From: an uncultured Alphaproteobacteria bacterium | GTDB taxonomy: Bacteria; Pseudomonadota; Alphaproteobacteria; Acetobacterales; Acetobacteraceae | Assembly (NCBI GenBank): GCA_963740445.1 | Contig: CAVUED010000026.1 | Span: 6,297 to 70,296, forward strand | Length of the DNA: 64,000 nucleotides | Direction of reading: 5' to 3' | Shown: positions 63,711 to 64,000 of the stretch, in pieces | Layout of the letters: every line of letters begins with the position of its first letter | How positions within the stretch are numbered: position 1 is the first letter of the stretch | Translations under genes and position numbers: made by a program | The notes under the pieces: model-generated | What the model saw: the letters and a program-made list of their open reading frames with translations, nothing else | Databases searched by the model: none | What the model was told of the DNA's origin: nothing

Positions 63711-63838
63711 CAGCGGGTCTCGACAGCGCGCAGGCGCTTAACCGCACGGCGGTAGCGGTTGAAGGTGAGGAGGCTGATGCCCAGGAGAAAAATGACAGTG
63801 ACGCCGTAGCTGCCATCGATAAAGGGGGTGAGATTCAT
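63710..63838 (-). CDS. ccmD: Heme exporter protein CcmD, 42 aa
   Basis: MNLTPFIDGSYGVTVIFLLGISLLTFNRYRRAVKRL; lies between ccmC and ccmE with overlapping start/stop codons. Confidence 0.8.
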   Translation of the reverse strand: MNLTPFIDGSYGVTVIFLLGISLLTFNRYRRAVKRLRAVETR

Positions 63839-64000
63839 GAGGCGCGCTCCGCTGCTGCGAGGAGTAGCCCCCGAGTGCGGCGTTCCATTATGGCAGAGCA
63901 GATGCGGGCGCAGACCAGGGTGATGAAGCTGAGATAAAATCCGAGCGAGGCGATGATGAGCGGGTAGAGCATGGTGATGTAGATTTTCGAACCACCGGTG
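63835..64000 (-). CDS. ccmC: Heme exporter CcmC, C-terminal part, truncated by the window edge
   Basis: KIYITMLYPLIIASLGF...IMERR; operon position. Confidence 0.7.
   Translation of the reverse strand, partial: TGGSKIYITMLYPLIIASLGFYLSFITLVCARICSAIMERRTRGLLLAAAERAS

Noticed and set aside
1-64000. Frameshifts in many genes (edd, hemN, fumC, soxB, soxA, folD, dmmD/A/B, glxB, yraN, cysS, trmJ, ccmI, ccmF) as pseudogenisation or programmed frameshifting
   Set aside because: They are scattered, hit normally essential genes such as cysS, come without in-frame decay and share no slippery motif; long-read indel errors explain them best

Overview
GC-rich alphaproteobacterial chromosome segment; gene content and order suggest Acetobacteraceae, Acidocella/Acidiphilium-like (inference). 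The main feature is a ~21 kb methylated-amine catabolism cluster (20.5-41.1 kb): soxBDAG-like N-methylglutamate dehydrogenase, purU, folD, dimethylamine monooxygenase dmmDABC, an XRE-cupin regulator, N-methylglutamate synthase glxBCD/mgsABC, gmaS/glnT, a MetX-like hydrolase and two APC permeases with co-linear operator arrays. Also present: edd, two Hint-domain proteins, an NRAMP transporter, cysK, hemN with FNR boxes and a candidate FNR-driven sRNA, a collapsed formate dehydrogenase locus (74-aa FdsA mosaic, fdsD, OFA transporter), EPS genes, fumC, a multicopper oxidase, map, XRE-sseA-metC, cysS, trmJ, an Rrf2 gene with a perfect 32-bp palindrome, cysE-iscS-fdx-mnmA, a degenerate EAL protein and ccmC-I. 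Many genes, including cysS, carry apparent single-base frameshifts that are most likely long-read sequencing errors. No tRNA, rRNA, CRISPR array or transposase was seen.
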